Shown: positions 45,792 to 56,813 of the stretch, in pieces
Numbering within the stretch: the stretch's first letter is position 1
How the letters are laid out: every line of letters starts with the position of its first letter
Source: an uncultured Planctomycetota bacterium
GTDB lineage: Bacteria; Planctomycetota; Planctomycetia; Isosphaerales; Isosphaeraceae
Reading direction: 5' to 3'
DNA length: 64,000 nucleotides
Assembly (NCBI GenBank): GCA_963845755.1
Contig: CAWJTV010000013.1
Location: forward strand, 64,001-128,000
The notes under the pieces: generated by a model
What the model was told of the DNA's origin: nothing
The model's input: only the letters and a program-made list of their open reading frames with translations
Database searches by the model: none
Program-made: the position numbers and the translations under genes

Positions 45792-46151
45792 GTGTCCCGC
45801 CTCTTCGCTGGAACCCCCTGGGATCGTCCCCCCACCTGCGACCGCTGCGGTCGGTTGGAGTCCCAGTGCTCGTGTCCTCCGCCGGTCCCGGAGGCGAAAC
45901 GAATCCCGCCACACCAGCAGACCGCACGGCTGATGACCGAGCGGCGGGCGAAGGGGAAGCTAGTCACGGTGATTGCCGGCCTTGACCCGGAAACGAACGA
46001 CCTCAACGAGCTCGGCGCCCGCCTCAAGAACGCCTGTGGGGCGGGCGGCACGGTGAAGGAGGGGCGTATCGAGCTTCAAGGCGATCACCTCCAGGCGGCC
46101 GAGAAGGCCCTCCAGGCAATCGGCTACAAGACCAAGGCCGGCCGCGGTTGA
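45792..46151 (+). CDS. yciH: SUI1/YciH translation initiation factor family protein with N-terminal Cys cluster
   Basis: RAKGKLVTVI, LKNACGAGGTVK, IELQGDH; CxxC..CxC at the N-terminus. Confidence 0.9.
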   Translation: MSRLFAGTPWDRPPTCDRCGRLESQCSCPPPVPEAKRIPPHQQTARLMTERRAKGKLVTVIAGLDPETNDLNELGARLKNACGAGGTVKEGRIELQGDHLQAAEKALQAIGYKTKAGRG

Positions 46152-46334
46152 TGTCGCGCGGGTCCGGACCGGTACGTCGCCCTGCGTCGATTCGGCGGCG
46201 TCTCGCCCGTCTTGACCGGGCGGCTGATCACCGCGCTGCGTGAGATCATCCGGTGACCGAACCTCGGCGGGCTCGGCCGTGTCTCATTCCTGGCGCAACC
46301 TCGTTCTCACACACTCGGGACGCGCGAGACTCGC

Positions 46335-47039
46335 ATGAAATCCACCGTTGAGCAGATCCGGGCCCGGTTCGACGACGACGTGGAGCGGTTCAGCAACCTG
46401 GAGACCGGGCAGTCGGCCACGATCGACGCGCCGCTGGTCCTCGAGTTGATTTCCCAGGCCGCCGCCGCCACGAACCCGGGTGCGACGGACTTGCTCGACG
46501 TAGGTTGCGGTGCGGGCAATTACAGCCTCAAACTCCTCCAAAGCCTCCCCGACCTCAACGTCACGCTGATCGACCTGAGCCGGCCGATGCTCGAACGCGC
46601 CGAGCAGCGCCTCCAGCCCGCGACGAAAGGACACATCGAGGCCTTCCAGGGCGACGTCCGTGACCTGGACCTCGGCGAAGCCCGCTTCGACGTCATCGTG
46701 GCCGCGGCGGTGCTGCACCACCTCCGAACCGCCGCGGAATGGGATGCGGTCTTCGCGAAGTTCTTCAAGGCGCTCCGGCCCCGCGGCTCGATCTGGATTT
46801 CCGACCTGATCGAGCACTCCTCTGCCGCGATCCAGGAGATGATGTGGCGGCGCTACGGCGAGTACCTCGTCGGGCTGAAGGACGAGGCCTATCGCGACAC
46901 CGTCTTCGCCTATGTCACCCAGGAAGACACGCCCCGGCCGCTGATGTACCAGCTCGACCTGCTGCGCAAGGTGGGGTTCCGCCAGGTCGAGATCCTGCAC
47001 AAGACCAGCGTGTTCGCGGCCTTCGGCGCATGGATATGA
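46335..47039 (+). CDS. Class I SAM-dependent methyltransferase
   Basis: LLDVGCGAG, IDLSRPML, FDVIVAAAVLHHL. Confidence 0.92.
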   Translation: MKSTVEQIRARFDDDVERFSNLETGQSATIDAPLVLELISQAAAATNPGATDLLDVGCGAGNYSLKLLQSLPDLNVTLIDLSRPMLERAEQRLQPATKGHIEAFQGDVRDLDLGEARFDVIVAAAVLHHLRTAAEWDAVFAKFFKALRPRGSIWISDLIEHSSAAIQEMMWRRYGEYLVGLKDEAYRDTVFAYVTQEDTPRPLMYQLDLLRKVGFRQVEILHKTSVFAAFGAWI

Positions 47040-47084
47040 GCGGAGTCGATGGAGTGACCCTTCTGCTGGTCATACCGCTCAAAT

Positions 47085-47277
47085 TAGAGCGCTTATCAGT
47101 TGCGTTGCGCACGCCCAGAGCGATGCGAATACACCCCCCGGAACCCCCCCTTCGCAAGGGGGGGACAGGAAATGGGCCACTCCTCCTCAATGGTCCCCCC
47201 CTTGCGAAGGGGGGGTTCCGGGGGGTTCTTTGGGAACCGGCTTCGCCTGTGTGCAACTCAACCGTGAAGTCGCTCTA
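47085..47277 (-). mobile_element. MITE-like palindromic element, copy 2 (inverted)
   Basis: Reverse complement of 45378-45569 with few differences. Confidence 0.85.
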
Positions 47278-47286
47278 GTTCATGCC

Positions 47287-47342
47287 GGTCAGGCTTTCCA
47301 GGCTGACGTCCAAATACTGTCAGGCTAGAAAGCCTGGCCTAC
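47287..47342. repeat. GTAG-type REP-like doublet
   Basis: GGTCAGGCTTTCCAGGCTGAC ... GTCAGGCTAGAAAGCCTGGCCTAC. Confidence 0.75.
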
Positions 47343-49209
47343 TGGATGCGATACAACCGAACCGGATAAAAGCCACTCCGCGAGGAATGAAACAACTCGC
47401 GCCTTTGCGTCAAGCCCAGCCCGGTGCGGACCCCCTCCAGGTAAGATCCCCAGCTCTCGGGGTCGATGTCCGGCGGCGGCTCGAACGAGCCCCAGAGGAA
47501 GTGGGTGACTCGATACTTCTGGATCACCTCCTGAATCCGCCGGGGATCGTAGTTGCGGGGCATGAGGATGGTCGTCCGGTCGCTGGTCACGCGTAGCTCC
47601 CAGGGGAACCAGGCCATGATCCGGGCATCGGGCGGGACCTGCGCGGGTTCGACCGGATCCAGTCTCCGGCCTCGCGGATCGCCGGCCAGTGGAGCTGGAA
47701 GGGTTTGGTCAGCCAGGACGCGTCATACGCCCAGGTGGGATCGGCCCAGACCATCGTACAGTAACCCGCGGCCAGCCAGGGGACGAGTCGCCTCCGGACG
47801 CGCATCAAGGCACCCCATTCGATCAGGCCGGCGACCGCCGTCGGCAACGCCAGCACATAGACCGGTGCGTAGTAACGGCCAAGCTGGGCGACCTGAGTCA
47901 CGTCGGCAATGCTCTTGAGCGTGGCCAGCACGAACACGACGAAGATCGTCGCAATTAAGAGGTCGACCTCGCGCCCCGGACCACTTCGCGATCGGAGTCG
48001 CCCCAGGAATCCGAGGACGATCGGCAGGCCCACGATCATGGTCGAGTACGCGACGATGATCAGCAGCGACTTGACCTTCACCCTGACGATCTCTGGGAGA
48101 TTCGCCGCGGTGTAAAACTGCGAGGGGAGCGTGTTGCCTTTGTCGTAGTGGTGGATGGTCCAGGAGAAGTTATATTCAAAGTAGGACGTATACGAGTAGA
48201 ACGGGCTCTGATATTCGTGGAACGTGGCCACGGCCCAGGGCAGGATGACCAGCGCGATGCAAGCGACCCACAGGAGGAGCGGACCGAACTGGCGTCGGCC
48301 ATGATTGACCACGAAGACGAGGCCCGCCGCTGCCAGGAGGGCGAGCGCCGTCGTACGGGAGAGGATCGCGAGTCCGCCGCAGATGCCGGCCAGCGCCGCC
48401 CAGCCCCAGGCGCGGCGAGGGCGCGGTTCCGCATGCCAGACCTCTGTCAGCGTCCAGACGGCCAGGATCGACGTCAGTACGACCAGGCTCTCGCGGAGCA
48501 CGAAGCTCGCGTAGATCGCGTGGACCGGCAGCACCGCCAGCACGCCCATGGCGGCCAATGCCGTGCGGGGACCGAACCGTCGCCGGGCGAAGCCGTAGAG
48601 AGCCGGCAGGGCCAGGAGGTTGAGGACGAAGCTGCACGCCTTCGCGACGACGATCCTCGTCTCGAGCGGACCCTCCGGCGCCAGGCCGGCGACGCGGAAC
48701 GCGAGCGCCCGCACGTAGGCATCCAGCGGGGTGGACCAGTCGTCCAGCACTCCGCGGCCCTCGAGGATCCGGGGATAATCCTTGAAGTAGCTCTCGACGT
48801 AGTGCTTGACCGGCCCTTCGCCCCGCAGCACGGAGGTGGCCACCTCCAGGTAGTGGCAGCTATCCCCGGAGACCAGCGGCAGGTTGCCGCCGGCGATCCA
48901 GATCACCGCGCGGATCGCGTAGCCGGCGCCGAAGATCGCGAGCCAGGCCCGGGCATGTCGCGTGAGCCATGGAGCGAGCATCAGGCCGATCACCAGCATC
49001 GCCGAGCCGATCGCGAAATGCCAGCGAACCAGGCTGACCTGCGACGGCCGGCGGATGCGGGCGAGGATCGGGACCTCGTAGAACTGGTGGGCGACCCAGT
49101 CGAAGGCCGGCGTGATCCAGCCATAACGGACGTCGAGCCAGGCCGCGACGATCGCCACGGCGCCCACCAGCAGGGCCGGCCAGACTCGGCGCCCTCGGGA
49201 TTGCGGCAT
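47339..49209 (-). CDS. GT-C (ArnT/PMT-like) membrane glycosyltransferase (frameshift near 47640)
   Basis: GDSCHYLEVA, many TM helices, LAILSR, LGRYYAP. Confidence 0.78.
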
Positions 49210-49234
49210 CACCAAGGTTCTCCGCGGACGCGTC

Positions 49235-49289
49235 GGTCAGGCCTTCCCGCCTGACAGGTTCGGACCTCAGGTTGGAACGCCTGACCTAC
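49235..49289. repeat. GTAG-type REP-like doublet
   Basis: GGTCAGGCCTTCCCGCCTGAC ... TCAGGTTGGAACGCCTGACCTAC. Confidence 0.7.
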
Positions 49290-50977
49290 GGCTTCGCCTT
49301 GAGCATCGACTCGCGCCGGGCCCGGAACTCGCTCTCCGGCTTCCACTCCGGATACCGCGGCTCCTGGGCGACCGAATGACCCAGCTCGACGAGCAGCTTG
49401 ATGTCCTCGGCGGCCCCGGAGAGGTCCCAATCCGGCTTCACCTCGTCGCTCGGCTTGTGGTAGTCCTTCGCCGTGTACTCCTCCTGCTTGCGCTTGCCGA
49501 AGTCGCCCGACTTGCCGACGTATTGCCGTCCTCCCTTGGGATCCATCGCCGGGACGCCCTGCTTGGCGAACTCGAAATGGTCGGAGCGGAAGTAATAGCC
49601 CTTCTCCGGGTCGGCGTCCGGGGCGACGGTCCGGTCGTGCGCGCCGGCGATCGCGACCAGCCGGTCGTCCAGCGTCGTCTGACCCATGCCGATACTGAGG
49701 ATGTCGGTCGTCGGGCCCCAGAGATTGATCACGTCGAGGTTGATGTCGGCCAGCGTGCGTTCGAGGGGATAGAGGGGATGCGTGGCATAGTACTTGGCGC
49801 CGAGGAGCCCCTTCTCCTCGGCGGTCACGATGAGGAAGAGGATTGATCGCTTCGGCGCGGGCTGGATCCGGGTGAACGCGCGGGCAATCTCGAGCACCGC
49901 GGCGACGCCCGAGGCATTGTCGGCGGCCCCATTGTAGATCGAATCCCCCTTCGATTCCGGGTCGCGGCCCAGGTGGTCCCAGTGTGCGGTGTAGACGATG
50001 TACTCGTTCTTGAGCGCCGGGTCCGACCCTTCGAGTTTGGCGACGACATTGTTCGATCGGACCGTGCGAAGTGCGTTGGCCACCGCGAACCGTGCCCGAC
50101 AACCGAGCGGCTCGGGGCGGAAGTCCTGGCGGGCGGCGGCTGCCTTCAGCGCCGCGAAATCGCGGCCGCACGCGCCGAACAATTCCTGAGTCTTCGCCAG
50201 GGTCATCCAGCCCTCGACGGCCACGCGCGCCGGTGCCCCGCCCTGCTGGGGTTCGGCGATGTCGAAATTCTCCCGGCTCCAGCTTCCCCGGACCACCTCG
50301 AACGGATAGCCGGCCGGACCGGTCTCGTGCACCAGGATCACGGCCGCCGCGCCCTTCTCCGAGGCGATCTCATATTTGTACGTCCAGCGCCCGTAGTAGG
50401 TCATGGCCCGCCCCTTGAAGGCGGCCGGATCGAGCTTCGCGGGATCGTTCGGGTCGGGGACCGGCGGGTCATTGACGAGCATGATCAAGGTCTTCCCGCG
50501 CACGTCGAGGCCCTTGTAATCATCCCAACCATATTCCGGTGCCACGGTCCCATAGCCGACGAAGACGACGTCCGAGTCCTCGACCGAGACCTCGGCGGCC
50601 ATCCGTCGTGAGACGGCCACGAAATCCTCGGGGAACGCGAGCGCGACCGTCCGGTCACGGATTTGGAACGAACCGGTCACGCTCCTGGCCTGGAAGCCGG
50701 CCAGCGGGACCGCCTGGATATAGGTGCCGTCCGGGTTGCCCGGCTTCAAGCCCATCCCTCGGAACTGGTCGGTCACATAGGCGATGGTCTTTTCCTCGCC
50801 CGGCGTACCCGGCCCCCGGCCCTCGAACTCGTCCGAGGCCAGGACCTTGATGTGCTCCAGGATCGGCCCCGGTTTGACGCCTTCCAGCGCCGATTTCAGG
50901 CCGGCGTCGGGTGCGGCAGCCAGGGCAAGACCCGCCAGCAGGACAATCTCAATCGATCTCAGGGTGTGACGTCGCAT
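49286..50977 (-). CDS. M28 family metallopeptidase with PA domain
   Basis: [52 protein letters not shown]. Confidence 0.95.
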   Translation of the reverse strand: MRRHTLRSIEIVLLAGLALAAAPDAGLKSALEGVKPGPILEHIKVLASDEFEGRGPGTPGEEKTIAYVTDQFRGMGLKPGNPDGTYIQAVPLAGFQARSVTGSFQIRDRTVALAFPEDFVAVSRRMAAEVSVEDSDVVFVGYGTVAPEYGWDDYKGLDVRGKTLIMLVNDPPVPDPNDPAKLDPAAFKGRAMTYYGRWTYKYEIASEKGAAAVILVHETGPAGYPFEVVRGSWSRENFDIAEPQQGGAPARVAVEGWMTLAKTQELFGACGRDFAALKAAAARQDFRPEPLGCRARFAVANALRTVRSNNVVAKLEGSDPALKNEYIVYTAHWDHLGRDPESKGDSIYNGAADNASGVAAVLEIARAFTRIQPAPKRSILFLIVTAEEKGLLGAKYYATHPLYPLERTLADINLDVINLWGPTTDILSIGMGQTTLDDRLVAIAGAHDRTVAPDADPEKGYYFRSDHFEFAKQGVPAMDPKGGRQYVGKSGDFGKRKQEEYTAKDYHKPSDEVKPDWDLSGAAEDIKLLVELGHSVAQEPRYPEWKPESEFRARRESMLKAKP

Positions 50978-51396
50978 GGGTTCCTCGAAGGTCGTGATCG
51001 CCGATCGATGCGGAAGGCGGCCTCTGTTGTTTGGGTGCTGGATTATTACCATGGTACTCTACGAACGCACCCCTGGAGGTCTATATCATGGCTAAAGTTC
51101 TGGCATCACTGTTCACGAGTCGAAGTTGACAAACGCACAGCGCAGGTGAACTTCAAGGACAAGACGTATAACGTCACCGCCGACGAGGGGCCGTCGCTGG
51201 GGAGAGCGGCCCGGGTCGGCAGCGACTCGGCGAACGCCTGGGGCGTGCACGACGCGGTTGAACGGGACAGGCGATGCCTCGCGCGTCCGCCGTGGCGGCG
51301 AGTGGACCGACGACGGCCGGCCCGGCCGCTCGGCCTTCCGGCTGCGATTTCAGCGGGAGCGCCGCTACGACAACAGCAGCTTCCGGGGCGTGGCGG

Positions 51397-51881
51397 TCAG
51401 GCGGTAGCGCCTGCCATCGGCGAGGCTCCCCCCAGCGCGAGTCGCTTCTCGACGATGAACTTCCGGTGATGCGCCAGATGTTCGACGGCGCCGTTGACCA
51501 TCTGCGCGACGGTCCTGTCTCCGCGGTCGCCCACGACGCCTGTCCGCTCCCATGCCTCGGGCGAGGATGCGATCAGGATACGCGCGATCTGCCTGCGCGT
51601 GATCTCGAAGGCAGTGAGCTCCTCCTCGGCCTCCCGCGCGTGATACGCGAGCGCCGCCTGCATCAAGTCGGGCTGTACGCGCTCGAAGGTCGGTCGCTCC
51701 TCCGACAGGACGCGCTTGATCCGGTGGGCGATGTTGGCATCTGTGTCGGCGAGGTGGCAGACGACCTCGAGGATGCTCCACTTCCCCGGGACTGGCCGCG
51801 AGACCAACTGCTCGCGGCTCAGACCCTCGACCGCCGGCGCAGATCCAAGGGGCCGGCGAGATAGGCTTCGATGATGGACAT
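51397..51881 (-). CDS. DinB family protein (frameshifted)
   Basis: GKWSILEVVCHLADTD, HLAHH; GGAGG RBS. Confidence 0.88.
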
Positions 51882-51929
51882 GGTTCCTCCCGCTGTCTGT
51901 TGTACCGTCAGGTCCGTGGGCGGCTGTGA

Positions 51930-52661
51930 TCAGATCTGGGCGACACCGCCGTCGACGAAGAGCTCGCTCCCCGTGACGAAACTGGAATCGCTCGACGCCA
52001 GGAACAACGCGGCGGTCGCGATCTCCTCGGGGCGTCCCATCGTGCCCCGGGGGATGAGCGCGACGAACCCGTCGAGAGCGTCCTTCGGCACGCCTTCAAG
52101 GATGGGCGTATCGATGGTGCCGGGGCTCAGGACGTTCACGCGGATATTGCGGGCCTTCAGGTCCACCGTCCAGGTCCTCGCGAACGAGCGGAGCGCCGCC
52201 TTGCTCGCGCTGTAGACGCCGAAGGCCGGGAAGCCCATGGAGCCGGCGATCGACCCGTTCATGATGATCGAGCCGCCGTCGGCGAAAAGCGGCAGCGCCT
52301 TCTGGACGGTGAAGAGCGTCCCCCGGACGTTGAGACCGAAGGTCCTGTCGAACTGCTCCTCCGTCACCTCGCCGATGGGGGCGAACTCCCCGGTCCCGGC
52401 GCTGGCGAAGAGGACGTCGATCCGACCTTTCTCCTTCCTCACGGTCTCGTACAGTCGATCGAGGTCGGCGAGATCGGCGGCGTCGCCCTGGACCCCGCTG
52501 ACGTTCCGGCCGATCGCCTTGACCGCCTCGTCCAGCTTCTCCCGGCGTCGGCCGGTGATGAAGACGTAGGCCCCTTCCTCGACGAAGAGCTTGGCCGTGG
52601 CCAGGGCCATGCCCGAGGTCGCACCCGTGATCACGGCCACCCTGTCGTTCAACTTGCCCAT
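51930..52661 (-). CDS. SDR family oxidoreductase
   Basis: [28 protein letters not shown]. Confidence 0.95.
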   Translation of the reverse strand: MGKLNDRVAVITGATSGMALATAKLFVEEGAYVFITGRRREKLDEAVKAIGRNVSGVQGDAADLADLDRLYETVRKEKGRIDVLFASAGTGEFAPIGEVTEEQFDRTFGLNVRGTLFTVQKALPLFADGGSIIMNGSIAGSMGFPAFGVYSASKAALRSFARTWTVDLKARNIRVNVLSPGTIDTPILEGVPKDALDGFVALIPRGTMGRPEEIATAALFLASSDSSFVTGSELFVDGGVAQI

Positions 52662-52775
52662 CGAAACACCCCCTTCTGGTGAAGAGTCGGAACCGAGGTT
52701 ATGATAGATGCGGCTTTCGGAAGGGCAAGTACTAACCTTTTCGTAAGTGACCTACCGGACCTCGGGAGAACCGGG

Positions 52776-53117
52776 ATGCGCAGGCCCATTCACGGCTGTG
52801 GCCTCGAGGCGGCGCTCGCCGTCGTCGGAGGCAAATGGAAGCCCATCGTGCTCTGGCGGCTCGCGGGCGGCGCCCGCCGGTTCGGCGAGCTGCGGCGGCT
52901 GGTGGAGGGCATCAGCGAGAAGATGCTGATCCAGCAACTCCGCGAGATGGAGGCGGACGGGATCGTCGCTCGCAAGGACTTCCAGGAGATCCCGCCGCGC
53001 ATCGAGTATGCCCTGACCGAGTTCGGCGTCTCGCTCGCCGAGGCCCTGCGGCCGCTCTGCGAATGGGGCCGCGAGCACATGGCCCGCATCAAGAGGGCGA
53101 AGGCCGAGGTGGGCTGA
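52776..53117 (+). CDS. HxlR family transcriptional regulator
   Basis: GGKWKPIVL, RFGELRR, ISEKMLIQQLREME, PPRIEYALT; divergent from the SDR gene. Confidence 0.93.
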   Translation: MRRPIHGCGLEAALAVVGGKWKPIVLWRLAGGARRFGELRRLVEGISEKMLIQQLREMEADGIVARKDFQEIPPRIEYALTEFGVSLAEALRPLCEWGREHMARIKRAKAEVG

Positions 53118-53196
53118 CGCCGGGCTATTCCGCTCCCCCGAGCCCCTCGCTGATGCGGAAGATCGTGAACCAACGAGTCTTATGCTCTGAAGCGTC

Positions 53197-54590
53197 CTAC
53201 GAGCCGTCAGTAGCCGTGTCCTTCGGCAACCGACCTTCGAGTCCCGCGTACCTCTCACCGGCTTTCCTGAAGGCTGAGCCGTTGTCGATGAACTTCCGCT
53301 GCTGACGCTGCTCGTTCGCCACAGCGAACAGCCTGCGCACGATCGCGGGGCTGCTTTCGTTGGCCGCCTCGCTGCGGCCGCTCTCCTTGTCTGGTCGCCA
53401 GGTCTCGATCAGCTCGGGGACGATTTCGAGGAGAAACTTCACGCGGGTGGCCCGGGCGAGCTTCGGATCTTCGAGCTTCGCCAGAACCTGAGCCGGAGTT
53501 CTCTGAGCCGTGCCGGAAACAATCTTCATCGGGCCGTCGTCCACCGGCGTCGGGTCAAGCGCCATCCGCGCGAAGGGCTGGAGTGCGAGCTTCTCCGCTT
53601 TGAGGGGATCGCGGTCCAACACACCTGCTTTGTATGCGTGCACCTCCTCGAGTATGCCACGCAATGCGGCGGCGAGCGGCGTCCGGGACTCGGCCCGCGA
53701 CGGATCGAGAGAGACCCGCAGCAGGTTCGCGAGGTGCTCGTTCTGCAGCCTGCGATCGCTCGGGTGGCGTTCCGCTGCCTGCATGAGGAGCCCGTTGGCC
53801 CACCGCGTCTGTCCCGCCTTGGCTTCGATCAGCGTACGCAGCGAGGCCGCCTCGCCGTCGTCGAGCGCCCGTACCGTCGAATCGGCCGGGGGAACGGTGG
53901 TCCCTCCCGTCGCCTTTGTAACAGGCGCCATAACTGCTGGACCGCGCGGCGCCGGCTCAGGGGCTGGTGGGGTCTTGAGCGTGCCCGCTGCCGGAGCCGG
54001 ATCAGCCGCCTCGTCATATTGCCGAAGTGGCCCAGACGGGAGCCGCCGTTCCCGAGACGGCGCCGGCCGGGCCGCCTCATGTTCCGGTTCAATCTCGGCG
54101 GCGCGGTGACGGCACGTCACCGAACTCGGCCAGGGCGATCTCATGCAGCCGATCCGCGTCGTCCACATCGGCGTCCAGCTCGCCGAGCAGGGGGACGGTA
54201 ATGGGCAGGTCCTTTACCTTCTCACCATCTGCGGTCTCGAATTTGGTCAGGACGAGAGCGTCCCCGTCCATCCGGCAGAAGATCTCTCGGACGCTGATCT
54301 CCTGAGGCTCGCCGACGCCGTTGACATAGGTGATCTTGATCGAGGGCACCGAGGGACGTTTGGTCATTCCGTCCCTGTACTTCGGGTCGGCTTCGGCGGT
54401 CGCCAGCAATTGACGGGCGGCATACGCGCCGTACGTGGCGGGATCGGATTGGTCGATCCGCAAGCGACCCTGATCGTCCTTGACGACCCGGATCTCCGGT
54501 ATCGACCAAGCCGTCGACGCTTGAGGCGCATGGGCTCGTGGTTTCGCCTCTCTTCGCCCCCTTGATCGTTCGCTGCTACCACCGCGCCCA
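53197..54590 (-). other. Unassigned protein-coding-like region, frameshifted
   Basis: Protein-like frames 54089-54463 and 53197-54100 appear to join; no motif recognised. Confidence 0.4.
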
Positions 54591-55104
54591 TCCTCGAATG
54601 TCTGGAGGGTAGATATTCAATCCCAAGGCCACCTGATCAAAGGCGCCGTTCATGTCGGTGCCCCACCGCCCAGCGCGGTACTCGACTTTCCACCCGAATC
54701 CAGTCACGGGAATCCTTGACCAGGTCTGGCCTTCTGTCCCTTTTGACGCTTCATCCCGCCGAGAAGTTCCATGGCTCCCGGGCGACCGAGCGGCTCACCA
54801 CCCGCCTGAGACCGTCTAGGGTGGGGGATGTCTGTTCTGACCCGAACCGGCGAAGCTCCCCATGCCGCACGGTGGTGAATCTGTTCGTTCCGATGTTTCG
54901 GCCGCCTTTCCCAAAAGCTCTCTGGACGGCGAAGAGGTTAGCAGCCCGCGTACGTCCGTCTCGCCGGTGAGACCATCGTTCACAAATGAGTCTCGCAGAG
55001 AGAGGACGAGAAAGAACGAGCCAGTCGAAGACCATCGCCAATCCTTCGCGGCCACCGGAACGGAATCTTTGATCCGTCCGAGGTGGCTTCGGTCGATCCG
55101 ACTG

Positions 55105-55227
55105 AGAGTCTGTCCCAGAAGGGCGAGCGGGGGGCGTCAGCCGCCTGTCCGGTGAGCGACGGACCTCCAAGACAGGGGGCGGACGCCCCCCCGCTCGCCC
55201 GGACCGGCCCCTTCGGGGACAGACTCT
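55105..55227. repeat. Small MITE/REP-like nested palindrome
   Basis: Outer IR AGAGTCTGTCCC/GGGACAGACTCT; inner IR GGGCGAGCGGGGGGCGTC/GACGCCCCCCCGCTCGCCC. Confidence 0.8.
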
Positions 55228-55280
55228 GACTTTTTTGCGGACTTCCGGTGGCTGGCCAAGCGGCTGGCCTTCATGGCCCC

Positions 55281-55468
55281 ATGATCACCCTCGTCCAGGC
55301 CGTGGCGGACTTGACCGCGGCCCCCGACCGATCCTCTTCCTGGATACCTGCACCTTGCTCGACATTGTCCGGTGCCGGAGCGCCACGTGGCCGGGGAGGT
55401 CCTGCGTGGGCATCCAGCTCCGGCGCGGCGGCGACCGGGACGGTTCGGCTTTTTGTTCAGGACAGTAA
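55281..55468 (+). pseudogene. PIN-domain gene fragment
   Basis: MITLVQAVADL then (shifted) PILFLDTCTLLDIVR, a PIN N-terminal strand, followed by decay. Confidence 0.5.
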
Positions 55469-55545
55469 CCCTCTCCGCTTGGCAAACACCCTCGGCCATG
55501 GTACTCTGTACGTCAGAATAACGAAATGCTTATGCGTATCGTCCC

Positions 55546-55881
55546 ATGACGCATAGCGACTTCAACCACCTCCTGAGCAGCATCAAGGCCCTGACGCCCG
55601 AGCAGGCGCGGCAGCTCCGCCAGCAGCTCGACAGCCAGCCCGCCGAGCCGAAGAAGCCCGCGCCCCCGGCGTCCGCCAAGACCGCTAAACGCGCCAAGGC
55701 CGCCACGGCTCCAAGCAAGCCGCGCTCCATCGAGGAGCTTCACCGGAAGATGATCGCGCGTGGCCTGATCCGCCGCCTGCCCGATCCATCGCTCGACATC
55801 GACGACGATGACCCGGACGATCAGCCGGTTCCCATCAAGGGCGAGCCGCTGTCGGAAACCATCCTCCGCGAGCGGCGCTGA
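55546..55881 (+). CDS. Putative antitoxin
   Basis: C-terminal PIKGEPLSETILRERR, typical of VapB-like partners; directly upstream of the PIN gene. Confidence 0.75.
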   Translation: MTHSDFNHLLSSIKALTPEQARQLRQQLDSQPAEPKKPAPPASAKTAKRAKAATAPSKPRSIEELHRKMIARGLIRRLPDPSLDIDDDDPDDQPVPIKGEPLSETILRERR

Positions 55882-55882
55882 G

Positions 55883-56346
55883 ATGGTCACCGCCTACTTC
55901 GTCGATTCCAGCGCCCTGGTCAAGCGCTACGTGATCGAGACCGGCACCGCCTGGGTACGTCGCATCACGCGCCGCAGCCCATCCACGGTCATCTACATCG
56001 CCCACATCACCGCCGTTGAAGTCACCTGCGCCGTCGCCCGCCGCCGCAAGGGCAAGACCCTCACCGCCGCACGGGCATCGTCGATCCTCCGCCGCTTCCG
56101 CCAGCATCTCGCCGCGCGCTATACCGTCATCGAGGTGACGCCCGACCTGCTGGACGAGGCCGTGCGTCTGGGCAACGCGGCATGCCTTCGCGCCTACGAC
56201 GCCGTGCAGCTCGCCGTGGCCCTCGAAGTCAACCGCAGCCACCAGGCAGACGGTTTACCCCGGTGACGCTGATCTCCGCCGACCAGGCCCTCAACGACGC
56301 CGCTACCGCCGAAGGATTGACCGTGGACGATCCGCAGGGAATTTAG
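55883..56346 (+). CDS. PIN domain (VapC-like) toxin (C-terminal frameshift)
   Basis: YFVDSSALVKRY, LRAYDAVQLA, LISADQ. Confidence 0.9.
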
Positions 56347-56813
56347 TGCAGTTGAGTTCGGGCACGGCCCTGGTCCCGGTCCAGGGTAAGGATCCCGGGG
56401 TGAGGTACAACCGCGGCTTGGCCGGACCCTTCTTGCCGTTGGGCGGGACGTGTCAGGCGGTTGAATCGAGCTGCGTCCTCGTTTCGCGCCGTGTTGTCAC
56501 AGGAGGATGAACGGGACGCTGTAATCATTGCGGTCAGATTCACGGTTTGGAGAACTCTGTCTTTCCCAGACCATCTCAAACCTCCGAAAGAATTAGCAAT
56601 GTCCCCTGCCCCCCCTGCCCCCCAATGCTTTGTCCCGGAGTCGATCTCGGACAGGGTTTTGATGCTGCTCACGTCTCCGAATGCAAGAGTTGAAGCCTCT
56701 CCCCCACGCCGGCGGGGCACCCGCGGTGGAGCGAAAGTCTCCTGAATCGCTGAGCCTCTAGTCTTTGTCTTGCGACGATCGATGCAAATCCCCGCTGTAC
56801 TGGCGGAGCTGAG

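Noticed and set aside
51088..51360. Small + strand gene (GGAGG RBS, ...VEVDKRTAQVNFKDKTYNV...)
   Set aside because: Frames are broken and no family is recognisable; boundaries cannot be supported.
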